Of a stretch of 64,000 nucleotides of DNA, positions 1 through 12,059 are shown piece after piece. Each line of letters begins with the position of its first letter. Position 1 is the first letter of the stretch. Source of the stretch: Mobula hypostoma. Its lineage: Eukaryota. The DNA is taken from NCBI RefSeq assembly GCF_963921235.1, contig NC_086109.1, forward strand, positions 6,760,001 through 6,824,000. The letters run 5' to 3'. Made by a program: the position numbers and the translations under genes. The notes below the pieces were generated by a model. The model was not told where the DNA came from, did not search any database, and worked only from the letters and a program-made list of their open reading frames with translations.

Positions 1-1994
1 AGTCCAGATATCAGAAATTCCTTAGTTAACAGAATCCAGTCAAAAGGCTACACAATTATAACATGTGAATGATGTTCTAACACTTAGCCAATTAAAAAAT
101 GAAAAGGTGCCAAACCATTATGCAACTGCTATACCACTTTCTGCCAGTAGGTGGGGATGAACCACCACATATAGTGAAAAATACATCAGTTTGTTCAAGA
201 TACTAATTGTTAAAAATACAAATTATGTCAGTAAGAAAGGATCTATGATTTTAGTCTTGCATTAATTCAACTAATATCTTATAAAAGCTATATAAAGCAA
301 CTGATTCCAACAGGAGTATAATAGAACACTACAGTACTTATACATTGTCTAGGAATGCAAGAATGAAAAGGCATTGCATGTTTTTTTTCTTGGAAATAAC
401 TTTTGTTGCGAATGAAGTTTATTTTGATATTAAAAATTAGCTCTCTATCTTTCCCCCTGAAGTTACTGAGCCATTTGTCATTAACAGCAAGAAACGTGAG
501 CCAACTGTGACAACAAGATGTGATCCATTGATCTGGATGAGGAAACGAGTCCAACCGTGACTATAGAAATGCAGAACTTGGTGGGTGGAGGCAGCATAAA
601 GTCAAAAGTTAAAATAAATGTATTTTCAAAGTACGATGATGTCACCATATACTACCCTTTAATTAATTTCCTTGTAGACATTTACAGGAAAATACAATAG
701 AATTTATGAAAAAATATAAATAAACAAATGGCAACAAACAACTAATGTGTAAAAGGGGACAAATTGTGCTTATTAGGGAGAAGGAGAGCCTGTGGTGTGT
801 TGAATTACTGGGTGAACGAGTAGTCTTTGGGGTACTGTGAGTTTGTGTCTTTATTGATGCTTCGCTGCACAATTGAGTGCTTGGTGGGGGGCACCGATGC
901 TTTTTTCTGCTTGTGGGGGCTGGGTTGTTGCCTTGCTGTTGCTTATGCATGGGGGGTGAGCTGGGGGTGGGGGGACTTTGGCGTTCTAACACTTAACTGT
1001 CATTCATTGCTTGGGGCACTCCTCTGTTTTTGTGGATGTTTGCAAAGAAAAAGAACTTCAGGATGTATATTGTATACATTTCTCTGACATTAAATTGGAC
1101 CTTTGAAACCTTTGAAATAAAAGAAAACATGAGTTGTAGAGCCCTTGTGTTGAGGTGGCGTTGAGGTGAATAAAGATATCTATGCTGGTTCAGGAGCCTG
1201 ATGGTTGTAGGGAACCTAATGGTGTGGACCCAAGACTTCTGTAACTCTTGCTTGATAGTAGTGAGGAAACAGCATGGTCTAGATGTTGGGTTCCTTAATG
1301 ATGGATGCTGCTTTCTTGTGGTAGTGTTCCTTGTTGATATGCTCATTGTGGGGAGGGCTTTGCCTGTGACGGACTGTATCCAAAGTTCAAAGTAAAAATT
1401 ATTATCAGAGTACATACATGTCACCGCATACAACCCTAAGATTTCTTTTTTTCCCTGTGGGCATACTTAGCAAATCTATAGAACAGTAAGTGTTAACTGT
1501 AAACAAACTGTGCAAATGCAGATATAAATAAACAGCAATAAATAACGAGCATGAAATAACAATATAACAGAGTCCTTAAATGAGTGTAGTTATTCCCTTT
1601 TCTTCGAGAGCTTGATGGTTGAGGGGTAGTAACTGTTCTTGAACCTGGTGGTGCAAGTCCTGAGGGACTCGTACCTTCTACCTGATGGCAGAAACGTACT
1701 CTGAAGAAGTTTAAATCTTCCCTTTGACGGGAGTTCAGTGAAACCCTCTCTCTCTTCTCCCACTGTGTGATCCCTGCTGTTCTCCACACGTACTGCCCGG
1801 CATATCTCTCTCCCCTACCCCTGCCCCCCACACATTTTAAATCTACTCCTCAGCTTTTCCTCTCCAGTCCTGCCGAAGGGTTTCGGCCCGAAACATCGAC
1901 TACTTTTGTCCGTAGATGCTGCCTGGTCTGCTGAGTTCCCCCAGCATTTTGCGTGTATTGCTCGGAATTCCCAGCATCTGTAGACTTTCTCTTG

Positions 1995-2530
1995 TTTGAG
2001 AAAAGAGCATGGCCTGGGTGGTGAGGGTCTTTGATGATGGATGCTGGCTTTCTATAGCAGCGTTTCACGTAGATGTGCTCAAAGGTTGGGAGGGTCTTAC
2101 CAAGGATGTACTGGGCCGAATCCACAAAGTTTTGCAGGATTTTCCACTCGAAGGTATTGGTGTTCCCTTAGCAGCCGTAATGCAGCCAGTCAGTGCACTT
2201 TCCAACACACAGCTACCGAAGTTTGCTAAGGATTTTAATGACATACTGAACCTTTACAGATGCCTGAGGAAATAGAGGAGCTGTCGTGCTTTCTTCACAA
2301 TAATATTTACATGACGGGTCCAGAACAGGTCCTCTGAAATAGTGACACCCAAGAACTTAAAGTTACTGACCCTCTTCACCTCTGATCCTCCAATGATTAC
2401 TGGCTCATGAATACCTGGTTCCCCTCTCCTTATGTCTACATTTAGTTCCTTGGTCTTACTGACATTGGGTGAAAGGTTGTCGTTGTTACACCTCTCAGCC
2501 AAGTTTTCAATCACCCTCTGCATGCTGATA
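1995..2530 (-). mobile_element. Rex1/L2-type LINE fragment
   Basis: NVSKTKEL, FKFLGVTISEDLFW, KKARQLLYFLRHL. Confidence 0.8.
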
Positions 2531-3409
2531 CAGTTTCCGAGGACTCTTCCATTCCTATACATTGTTTGTGTGATGAAACCAATTAGGATACTGTCTACTG
2601 TGCAATTATAGAAGTACATTTCTCTGCACTACTCTGTCATTTAAAAGAGCCACGTCTAATCTGAGTAACACTCACAAAACGCTGGAGGAGCTCAGCAAGT
2701 CAGGTAGTGAATAAACAGTGAACATTTCAGCCAAGATCCTCCACCAAGAGTTTCTGTAACCGCCCTGACCCACCACCCCTTTGTTGTTAACTCCCTGTGG
2801 TCCATCGCCGGGTCTCAGCCTACAGCATACACATGGCACAAAGACGAAGGTTGAAACAGGAGACAAACTGTGCAACAGATGAAGGAGGGGGAAACAATGG
2901 GCAGAATAGAGAACAGAGATGGATGTGTTTGGGAATGATGGAGTCATTGACCAGGATAGTGGACAGCAGACAAAGAGTAATAGAACCAATGAGCTGCACT
3001 GCCTATGTAACCTTAGTCTAATCACAGGACAATTTACAATGACCAATTCACCTATTAACCGGGACGTCTGTGGGAGGAAACCAGAGCACCCGGAGGAAAC
3101 ACACGCGCTTATGGGGAGGACGCACAAACTCCTTACAGACGGCGCTGGCATTGAACTCTGACGCCCTGAGCTGTGATGGCGTCATGCTAACCGCCACGCT
3201 ACTGTGGAGACCGTCGGTCATACAGCGACACAGCACGGATACAGGCCCTTCGGCCTGATCAGTCCTTACTAACCACGGGACCCACACAGCTGTCCCAATT
3301 TGCTGCATTCCCCCTGCTCCTGTCCAGTCCAAGGTGGGCTGGAAGTTACCATGCCATATCCCTGAACAAACAAACAAACAAACAGATAAATAAAATGTTA
3401 GTACTGTAG

Positions 3410-3850
3410 TGAGAAGAAGGCATGACCTGGATGGTGAGGGTCTTTGATGATAGATGCTGCTTTCTTGTGGCAGCGCTCAACAGTGGGGAGGGGGGCTTTA
3501 TCCGCAATGGACTAGGCTGTATACACTATTTTTTGTAGGATTTTCAATCATTTAACCAGATCTTCAATCTCCCTCCTATATGCTGTTTGGTCACCACTGT
3601 TGATTCGGCCAACATCAGTGACGTCATGAACAAACTTAAGCAAGGCATTGGAGCTGTGCTTAGCCACACAGTCGTAAGTGTAAAGTGAGTAGAGCAGGGG
3701 GCTAAGCACACAGCCCTGTGGGGTACCTGTGCTCATGGGGATTTTGGAGGAGATGTTGTTGCTCATCCAAACTGACTGGGGTTGGCAAGTGAGGAAATCG
3801 AAGATCCTGTTGCACAAGGAGGAATTGAGGCCGAGCTCCTGGAGCTTAGT
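3410..3850 (-). mobile_element. Rex1/L2-type LINE RT fragment
   Basis: STGTPQGCVLSPLLYSLYTYDC...KFVHD (degenerate FADD). Confidence 0.8.
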
Positions 3851-4837
3851 TATTAGATTAGAGGGGATGACATGGGACCATTGGTCAGGGAATTTAAAGT
3901 GATATCAGTAGGCAGAGCTTCATTTCTGGAATACATCTTCTGACAGCTACTGGAGGCAGGTGCAAGTGTGGCTTTTAAGAGGGAATTGGTCCAGGCCGTG
4001 GGAGAGGGCCTGCTCAGCTCGCATCCTCCGTAACCTTTTGAAGGTGAAATGGTTGCAACACCCCAGTCCCAATCAAGCCACAGTTTACCGACCAAAAGTC
4101 AGCATGAGGTTGAAAGGCGGAGTGGTTTCTTTTCACGTCATTACCTTGTTAACAGATTAGTTTTATTTGTTGCATGTACTTTGAAATACATAGCGAAATG
4201 AAGCATTTTGCATTGAATCAAACCAGCAAGGTGCCGATATCGTATGCCCGCAACTTACTAACCCTAACCAGCAGTCTTTGGAACGTGGGAAGAAATGTGA
4301 GCACCCAAAGGAAACCCACACAGTCACGGGGAGAGTCTACAGACTCGCAGTCAGGGGAATTGAACCCAGATATTACAGCTGGCACTGTAAAGCGATATGC
4401 TAATCACTACGATCATCAGCATCAAGTGCTGTGTTGTATGACCTTATTGATAATGGGTGAGGTCACTCGTCTTGTAAAGACACTGCCCAGAAGAAGGCAA
4501 CGGCAAATTTTCTACAAAAGTGGGTTTGCCATTGCCTTCTTCTGGGCAGTGTCTTTACAAGACGGGCGATCCCAGCCATTATCAATGCTCTTCAGAGATC
4601 GTCTGCCTGACGTCAAATACCTTACTGTGCTTCACTTTATCAAATGTTTTTGTGTAGTCTGATATACTGATCAGAAAATTAAGTTCTTTCAAGGCTTCCA
4701 GTTTCCAATGATCTTTTAGCACATTAGACTCTGCAGATGCTGGAAATCTTAAGCAACGCACTGTTTCCTCTGGCATTTTGAGCGCGTTGTCCCATGTACC
4801 TGTGGCTCTCAATGGGAATTGATACGGAGTCCTCTAT

Positions 4838-4856
4838 TGCCACTAGATGGCAGTGC
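4838..4856 (+). promoter_or_regulatory. candidate CTCF-binding site
   Basis: TGCCACTAGATGGCAGTGC matches the CCASYAGRKGGCRS core, in a short non-repetitive island. Confidence 0.4.
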
Positions 4857-4904
4857 TCATCAGGTTAAAGTTAGCAGCGGCCAGACTCTGGAATGAACTC
4901 TATG

Positions 4905-5405
4905 GTAACACACGGAAAATACCGCAGGAACACTCAGAAGGTCAGGCAGCATCTGTGAGAGGAATAAAGAGGCAGTGTTTTAGGCTGAGACCCTTCATCA
5001 GGACTGGAAAGAAAGGGGGCAGAAGCCAGATTAAGTGTGCGGGAGGAAGGGAAGGAGTGCAAGCAATTCGGGTGAGACTAGGTGAGCTGGAGAGCAGACG
5101 GGTGGGTGGAAAGGGGGATGAAGTCAGAAGTTGGGAGGTGATAGGTGAAAGAGGAAACAGACTGAAGAAGAAGGAATTTGATAAGAGAGGGAAGTGCTTC
5201 CTGGGAGAAAGGGGAGGAGGAGGGACACCAGAGGGAGTGATGGACAGGTGAGGAGAAGGGAAGGGATGAGGGCGGAGCCGGAATAGGGAATGAAAAGTGA
5301 GAGAAGGAAGGGGTGGGGAGAAATGACCGGATGTTAGAGAAATTAACGTTCATGCTGTCAGGTTAGAGATTACCCAGACGGCGTATGAGGTGATGCTCCT
5401 GTCTA
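4905..5405 (-). mobile_element. Penelope-like 3' fragment
   Basis: Minus-strand translation QEHHLIRRLGNL...MNVNFSN plus tail and a degenerate hammerhead near 4975-5006. Confidence 0.7.
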
Positions 5406-7934
5406 CTCCCTACTGAGGTGTTAATGAGAGAGGTCAGAGGAGAATGGCCAGACTGGTTCAAGCTGACAGGAAGGTGACAGTAACTCAAATAACCGTGTGC
5501 AACAACAGTGGTGTGCAGAAGGGCACAACACGTCAAAACTTGGAGTGGATGGGCTATAGCAGCCGAAGTCCTCAAGCATACACTCAGTGGCCACTTTATT
5601 AGGTACAGGAGGTCCTGAAGGTTCCTGATAAAGGGCGGTAAATCTATTGGTTATGACAGATGTCTAGAAATCTGTGAAGTACCTTGTAGTGCGAAGTATG
5701 GAGCCACCGTCATCATTGTGTGGCCATGTCGTATGACCTGGGGGATCATGGTCTTTCCTTCCTCCCGTTATCCACTCTCCTCTTCTATCGGATTCCTTCT
5801 TCTTCAGCCCCTTACCTTTTCCACCTATCACCTCCCAGCTTCTCACATCATCCTCCCCACCCCACCCCACCCCACCCACCCATCGTGCCCCCCACCTGGT
5901 CTCATCTATCACCTGCCAGCTTTTAATGCTTCCTCTCCCCCACCTTCTTATTCTGGCTCCCCCCCCGCACCCCCTTCCTTTCCAGTCCCGATGAAGGGTC
6001 TCACCCCGAAACGTTGACCGTGTATTCCCCTCCATAGATGCTGCCTGACCTGCTGAGTTCTCCGGCGTTTTGTGTGTTTACTACCACTGATATGTGTCAT
6101 GAAGTTTGTTGTTTTGTGGCAGCAGTACAGAGCAAAACGTAAAAATTACTACAAGTTACAGTAAGAAATATATTAAAAACCAGTGAAAAAGCAGAGTAAA
6201 TTAGTGAGGTAGTGTTCATGGTTTCATGGATAGTTCAGAAACCTGATGATGGAGGGGAATAAACAAGACAAAATCTGCAGGTGCCGGAATTCCGAGCAGC
6301 ACACACAAAATGCTGGAGGAACTCAGCAGGTCAGGCAGCATCTATGGAAAAAAGTACAGTCGACGTATCGGGCCGAGGGCCTTCAGCAGGGATTTTTTAA
6401 TGGAAAGGTCCAGAGCAGGCAGAAGACTAGGGCGGGTTGTCCAGGATGAGGAAGAGATTTGGTATGGGAGGAGGGGTCATCATTGAGGGGTGGAGAGTCC
6501 TTGACGAAGAACTAGGCTCAGAGACGGAGGCAGCAGAAGAAGAGCTCAGCATTGTGGCGGGCGCAGGACTCACTGCGGAACTCACAGTCCTGCCGAAGGG
6601 TGTCAGCCCAAAACGTTGACGGTGCTTTTTTCCACAGATGCTGTCTGGCCTGCTGAGTTCCTCCAGCATTTTGTGTGTGTTTTGGCGGAGGGGAAGAGCT
6701 GTTCTTAAAACCTTGAGTGTGGGTCTTCAGCCTCCTGTCCCTCCTCCCGGAGGGTAGTAATGAGAAGAGGTCATGTCGTAGATGGTGAACGCTTTTAGAG
6801 ATGGATGCCCCCTTCCCGAGGCACCACCGCTTGAAGATGTCCTTGATGATGCAGAGGGTTATCAAAGACAAGGTGGGCCGAAGGGCCTGTTTCTTTCTGT
6901 AATGTATCACTCTAGGTCTACATAGAATGTAGAATAGCACAGCACAGCCCCCTAGTCCACGATGTCAGTATCAAATACAATATCAAATTAAACGAATCCC
7001 TTCTGCCTATTCATGTTCCATAATGCCACCCCCAACCCACACTCGTGCATATCCATGTACCTTTTTAAAAACTTCTTAATCCTCACTATCATATCTATTT
7101 CCACCATCATCTGGCGTCCCATTCTAGACACAAACCATTCTCTGTGTAAGAGAATGTGCTCTGAACATCTGCCTTGGATTCCCCAACCCCCGCACCTTAA
7201 AGCTGTGCAAGGCCCCTGTCAATTAGCTGAAACCTTTATGTCTTCAGCTCATCCCAAAGCCCACACAGACTCTGATCTTGCACCATGATCTTACTTCAAG
7301 GCCCACCTGCTTCACATCTGTTCCTGATTTCACTCCAGCTTCAAACCCGATGTTCCTGGTCTGAAATAAACAGAAAATGCTGGGAACACTCAGCAGGTCA
7401 GGCAGCCTCCATGGAGAGAGAATCAGAATCAGGTTATTTATCACTGACTTATATGGCATGAAAATTTTAACATGAGAAAGTCTGCAGAGGCTGGAAATCC
7501 AAAGCAACACACATAAAATGCAGGAGGAACTCGCAGGTCAGACAGCATCTATGGAAAAGGGAAAATAGTTGACATTTTGGGCTGAGGCCCTTGTTTCTTC
7601 AGGACCCTTGCTGACCCTTCAGGAATCTTCATTTCCATAGTTACTGCCTGACCTCCAGCATTTTGTGTGTGTTAATATGAAATTTGTTATTTTGCTTCCA
7701 CGATACAATGCAAAGACATAAAAATGGATACAGTATACTATTCTAAAATTATAGAGTTAGCACTTCAGTTTAATTAGTTTTCATTGGAATCTCTTGAAGA
7801 GTATTGCATTGACTGAGATGTTGCCCTTCAAAGAGCATTGTCCAAACGACACGTTTGAGAAGACTGGGTGAATTATACCCGTTTGTCCAGCCAGTATGTA
7901 TCTCAATGTGACAGTGACTACATTCCAGTTAAAA

Positions 7935-8855
7935 AGTAGAGTCATAGAGTCCTACAAGGCAGAAAGAGGCTCTTTGGCCCATCTAGTCCATGCCAGCCTG
8001 GCCTTCAACCTAGTCCCATCTACCTGCATCTGGACCATAGCACTCCATATCCCTCCCATTCATCAAACTTTTCTCAAATGTTACAATTGGCCTTGAGTCT
8101 GTCACTTCTGCTGGCAGCTCATTCCACACTCTCACCACCCTCTAAGTGAAGATGTTTCCCCCTCAGGTTCCCCTTAAATATTTCACCTTTCACCCTTAAC
8201 CCATGACCTCTAGTTCTAGTCTCACCCAAGCTGAAGGGAAAAAAGCTTGCAAGTACTGACCCGATCTATACCCCTCATAATTTTGTATACCACTATACAG
8301 CCCCTTTCGTTCTTCTGCACTCCAGCGAATAAAGTCGTAACCCATTCAACCTTTCCCTATAACTCAGGAAATCAAGTTCTAGCAACATCCTTGTAAATGT
8401 TCTTTGCATTCTTTCAAGCTTATTGATATCTTTTCTGTAAGCAGCTAACAGAAGTGCACACAGTACTCCAAATTTATCCTCACCAACATCTTATACAACA
8501 TTAATATGGCATCCCAACCACTTAAGTCCTGACGAAGGGTCTCGGCCCGAAACGTCGACTGTGCTTCTTCCTATGGATGCTGTCTGGCCTGCTGCGTTCC
8601 ACCGGCATTTTGTGTGTTTTGCTTGAATTTCCAGCATCTGCAGATTTCCTCGTGTTTGCACTTAACTTAATGCTCTGATTTATGAAGGCCAATGTGCTAA
8701 AAACCCTATCTACCTGTATTGGCACTTTCAAGGAATTAGGGATCTGTATACCCAGATCACTTTATTCCACCCCATATCTCAGTACCCTACTGTTTGCTGT
8801 GTAAGTCCTACCTTGGTTTGTCCTCCCAAAGTTCAACACCTCTCATTTTTCTGCT
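7935..8855 (-). mobile_element. degraded CR1 LINE 3' fragment
   Basis: Nucleotide similarity to the 16072-16893 CR1 copy. Confidence 0.8.
8526..8658 (+). mobile_element. short Penelope-tail insertion starting at an intact hammerhead motif
   Basis: GTCCTGACGAAGGGTCTCGGCCCGAAACGTCGACT followed by the PLE tail; CACTTAA duplicated at 8519-8525 and 8659-8665; interrupts a CR1. Confidence 0.8.
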
Positions 8856-9029
8856 TCAGAGTCAAGTCAAGTTTATTGTCAGTTAACCGTATACATGTAT
8901 ACTGCCAAATTCGACAACGTTTCTCCGAGCCAGGTTGTAAAGCACGGTAGTACACATAACACACAATAACTTAGGGAAGTAATAATTAAATCTACAAATG
9001 AATTACACATAGGTAAACAAAGTGAAGTG

Positions 9030-9835
9030 CATTGCTCCCTGTTATTATTCATGGTGAGGACATGGATATGGAGAGGACCTGCAAGTATCTGAGGGTGCAC
9101 CTGGATGATAGACTTGAGTGGAGCCCCAACACAGAGGCTGTGTACAAGAAGGGCCAGAGTCACCTCTACTTCCTGAGGAGACTGAGGTCCTTTGGAGTAT
9201 GCAGGCCTCTCCTTCACAAGTTCTACCAGTCTGTTGTCGCCAGTACTATCTTCTGTGTGGTGGTGTGCTGGGGCAATGCAATTGACATAGTTGATGCCAA
9301 CAAGCTCAATAAACTGACTAGGAAGACCGGCTCTGTTATAGGGGTCAAACTGGACACACTGGAGTCTGTGGTAAAACAAAGGACCCTACGGAAAATCCTG
9401 GCAATTCCGGATAATGTTTCTCACACTCTGCATGCCACCTTGGCTGAACAAAGGAGCACTTTTAGTAATAGACTAAGACAACTGTGCTACTCCAAAGAGC
9501 ACTATATGACCTGAGAAAGAGTGCTGACGAAGGGTCTCGGCCCAAAATGTCGGCTGTACCTCTTCCTAGAGATGCTGCCTGGCCTGCTGCGTTCACCAGC
9601 AGCTTTTATGTGTGTTGCTTGAGCACTATATGAAATCATTCTTACCCTTGGCCATTAGGCTCTGTAATGAGTCAACCTATAGCTGGGAAAGTGATGACCC
9701 CCTCCTATTTAAGGTAACTCTTTTTTTATTCTTTCAGACTTCTCTTCTAATATTTGTATATTTGTAAACCTGTGCACCTGTGATGCTACTGTGACACTGT
9801 AATTTCCTTTTGGATCAATAAAGTAGCTATCTATC
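9030..9835 (+). mobile_element. Rex1/Babar- or L2-type LINE 3' fragment
   Basis: KYLRVHLDDRLEWSPNTEAVYKKGQSHLYFLRRLRSF; AATAAA plus (CTAT)n tail. Confidence 0.85.
9510..9620 (+). mobile_element. short Penelope-tail insertion with a degenerate hammerhead
   Basis: 13-bp TSD GAGCACTATATGA at 9497-9509 and 9621-9633; CTGACGAAGGGTCTCGGCCCAAAATGTC. Confidence 0.8.
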
Positions 9836-9849
9836 TAAATTAAATATCG

Positions 9850-10425
9850 TAGGGTACAGGACAAATTATCTGGTGACACTTCGAATCTGATGTGGCAGGG
9901 AGTTCAGAAGCCTGATGGCCTGAGGGAAGAAGCTGGTTCCCATCCTGACCGTTGTTGTCTTTATGCATCGGAGTCTCCTGCCTGATGGTAGAAAGTCAGA
10001 GGACGCTGGGTGGATGGGTGGGATCCTTGATCATAGTAAGGTCCCTGCATACGCAGCTCTTCAGATAAATGTCCCCAGTGGATGGTAGGGACACTCCTAA
10101 TATCCTCTCAGCAGTTCTCATCGTCCTTTGCAGGGTCTTCTGGTCCGATGGTCGGCTGGTCCCTTGCCAGATGGAGATGCAACTTATCAGGACTCTCTCA
10201 ATGGTGCTCCTGGAAAATGCAGTTAAGATGGAGGGTGGGAGCCTCACTTGTCTTAATCCCCTCGGGAAGTGGAGACGCTGCTGTGCCTTCTTGCTCAAGG
10301 AGGTGATATTAAGGGACCAGGTGAGCTCATCTGTGATGTGAACTCCCAGAAACTTGGTTCATTTAAATCTCTCTATGGAGGAGCCATGTATGCACAGAGG
10401 GGATGGTTCACCTGCACCTTCCTGA
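9850..10425 (-). mobile_element. Rex1/L2-type LINE fragment
   Basis: KKAQQRLHFPRGLR...IKDPTHP. Confidence 0.75.
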
Positions 10426-10972
10426 GGTAACTTGGGACTTTCTGAAATCATGAAATGTGCAACAGAAAAATAAATAAAACGTGTCCTTTGTTTTACATGA
10501 AGCAAGAAACAGCCAGATTTTCTAAACTGCCCCACCACTGGCCAGGTACTACTGAAGTGAATTTTGGAAACATGGTGATTTGCGTACAGTAATTTCTCAG
10601 TAACAGCAACATGTTTGTGGCCACATAATCTGTAACGTTGATGGAAAATTAAATATTGACTCAGGAACTATGGAATATTCTTTGCTTAACTGCAATCTCC
10701 AGCTAAGGGGACCTGTCACGTCTATGTGAAAGGGCAGCTATATCATTGAGTTCACATCTAACAGAGAGAGGTGTAACTTGGTCTAACATCTTGGCCAATC
10801 ATCCTACCCAAACAACTTAATGACTTGCTTTTAATCTCTGATAAACCGGATGCGGGCCCCAGTCTCCTTGTTAACTTGCTCTTGTTTTTCTCAGAACCGC
10901 ACACAACCTCTACTCCTGGACCCCTCCTCCTGATCTAGCAATGACTATCCCTTTCACAGAAAGCAGCAAATA

Positions 10973-11807
10973 CGAGGGGTGATTGATGAGTTCGTGGCCT
11001 GCGTAGAAGAAGTCAATTTCAGAAAACCTAGCACATTTATTTTTCAGCATAGTCCCCTCCTACATTTACACACTTAGTCCAGTGGTCGTGGAGCATACGG
11101 ATCCCTTCTTTGTAGAAGTCAGTGTCTTGGACCTCCACAGCAGGGCTGATTGATAAGTTTGTGGCCTAAGGTAGACGGAGATGAGTTATACAGCTCTTGG
11201 AGAAGATCATCAGGGTCTCTGTTCCCGCCGTTACAGACATTTACACCACACACTGCATCTGTAAAGCAAACAGCATTATGAAGGACCCCATGCACCTCTC
11301 ATACAAACTCTTCTCCCTCCTGCCATCTGGCAAAAGGTACCGAAGCATTCGGGTTCTCACAACCAAACTATGTAACAGTTTCTTCCCCCAAGTCATCAGA
11401 CTCCTCAATACCCAGAGCCTGGACTGACACCAACCTACTGCCCACTACTGTGCCTATTGTCTTGTTTATTATGTATTGTAATGCCTGCACTGTTTTGTGC
11501 ACTTTATGCAGTCCTGGGTAGGTCTGTAGTCTAGTGTAGTTTTTGTGTTGTTTTACGTAGTTCAGTGTAGTTTTTGTATTGATTCTGAAAAACGTTGTCT
11601 CATTTTTACTGTGTACTGTACCAGTATGGTCAAAATGACAATAAAAAGTGACTTGACTTGACTTCTACAAAGAAGGGATCCGTATGCTCCACCACCGCTG
11701 GACTAAGTGTGTAAGTGTAGGAGGGAACTATGTTGAAAAGTAAATGCACTAGGTTTTCTAAAATTGACTCCTTCTACCTACGTCACGAACTTATCAATCA
11801 CCCCTCG
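10973..11807. mobile_element. mariner-derived non-autonomous element with three TIR copies, interrupted by a LINE fragment
   Basis: TA|CGAGGGGTGATTGAT TIR; ~150-bp inverted arms 10973-11120 and 11659-11807; the right arm encodes the mariner C-terminus FYKEGIRMLHHRWTKCVSVGGNYVEK*; a third TIR copy near 11142-11180. Confidence 0.85.
11197..11662 (+). mobile_element. Rex1/L2-type LINE 3' fragment with (TTGAC)n tail
   Basis: FSLLPSGKRYRS...NSFFPQVIRLLN; AATAAA followed by a tandem tail. Confidence 0.8.
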
Positions 11808-12059
11808 AATTGTGTGCAAACCTGGTTATTCACACCGGGATAAAGGTGCACTCTGCTTTTTCTGTGACCTTCATGAGAAGTTCAGCAAAATAAGAAGCCG
11901 GATTTATGATAAGGCAGGGTTTGAGGGTCGGCACAACATTGTGGGCCGAAGGGCCTGTACTGTGCTGTACTAGTCTATGTTTAAGGAGGTTGGAAAGTTA
12001 ACTCACTCTCGGTACAAGTACAGAGAGAACTAATCTTACTGCCTCTTGTAAAGAATTAA

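Noticed and set aside
1..600. Unique sequence with an acceptor-like site at 462 and a donor-like site near 581
   Set aside because: Stops in all three frames between the sites; no recognisable product
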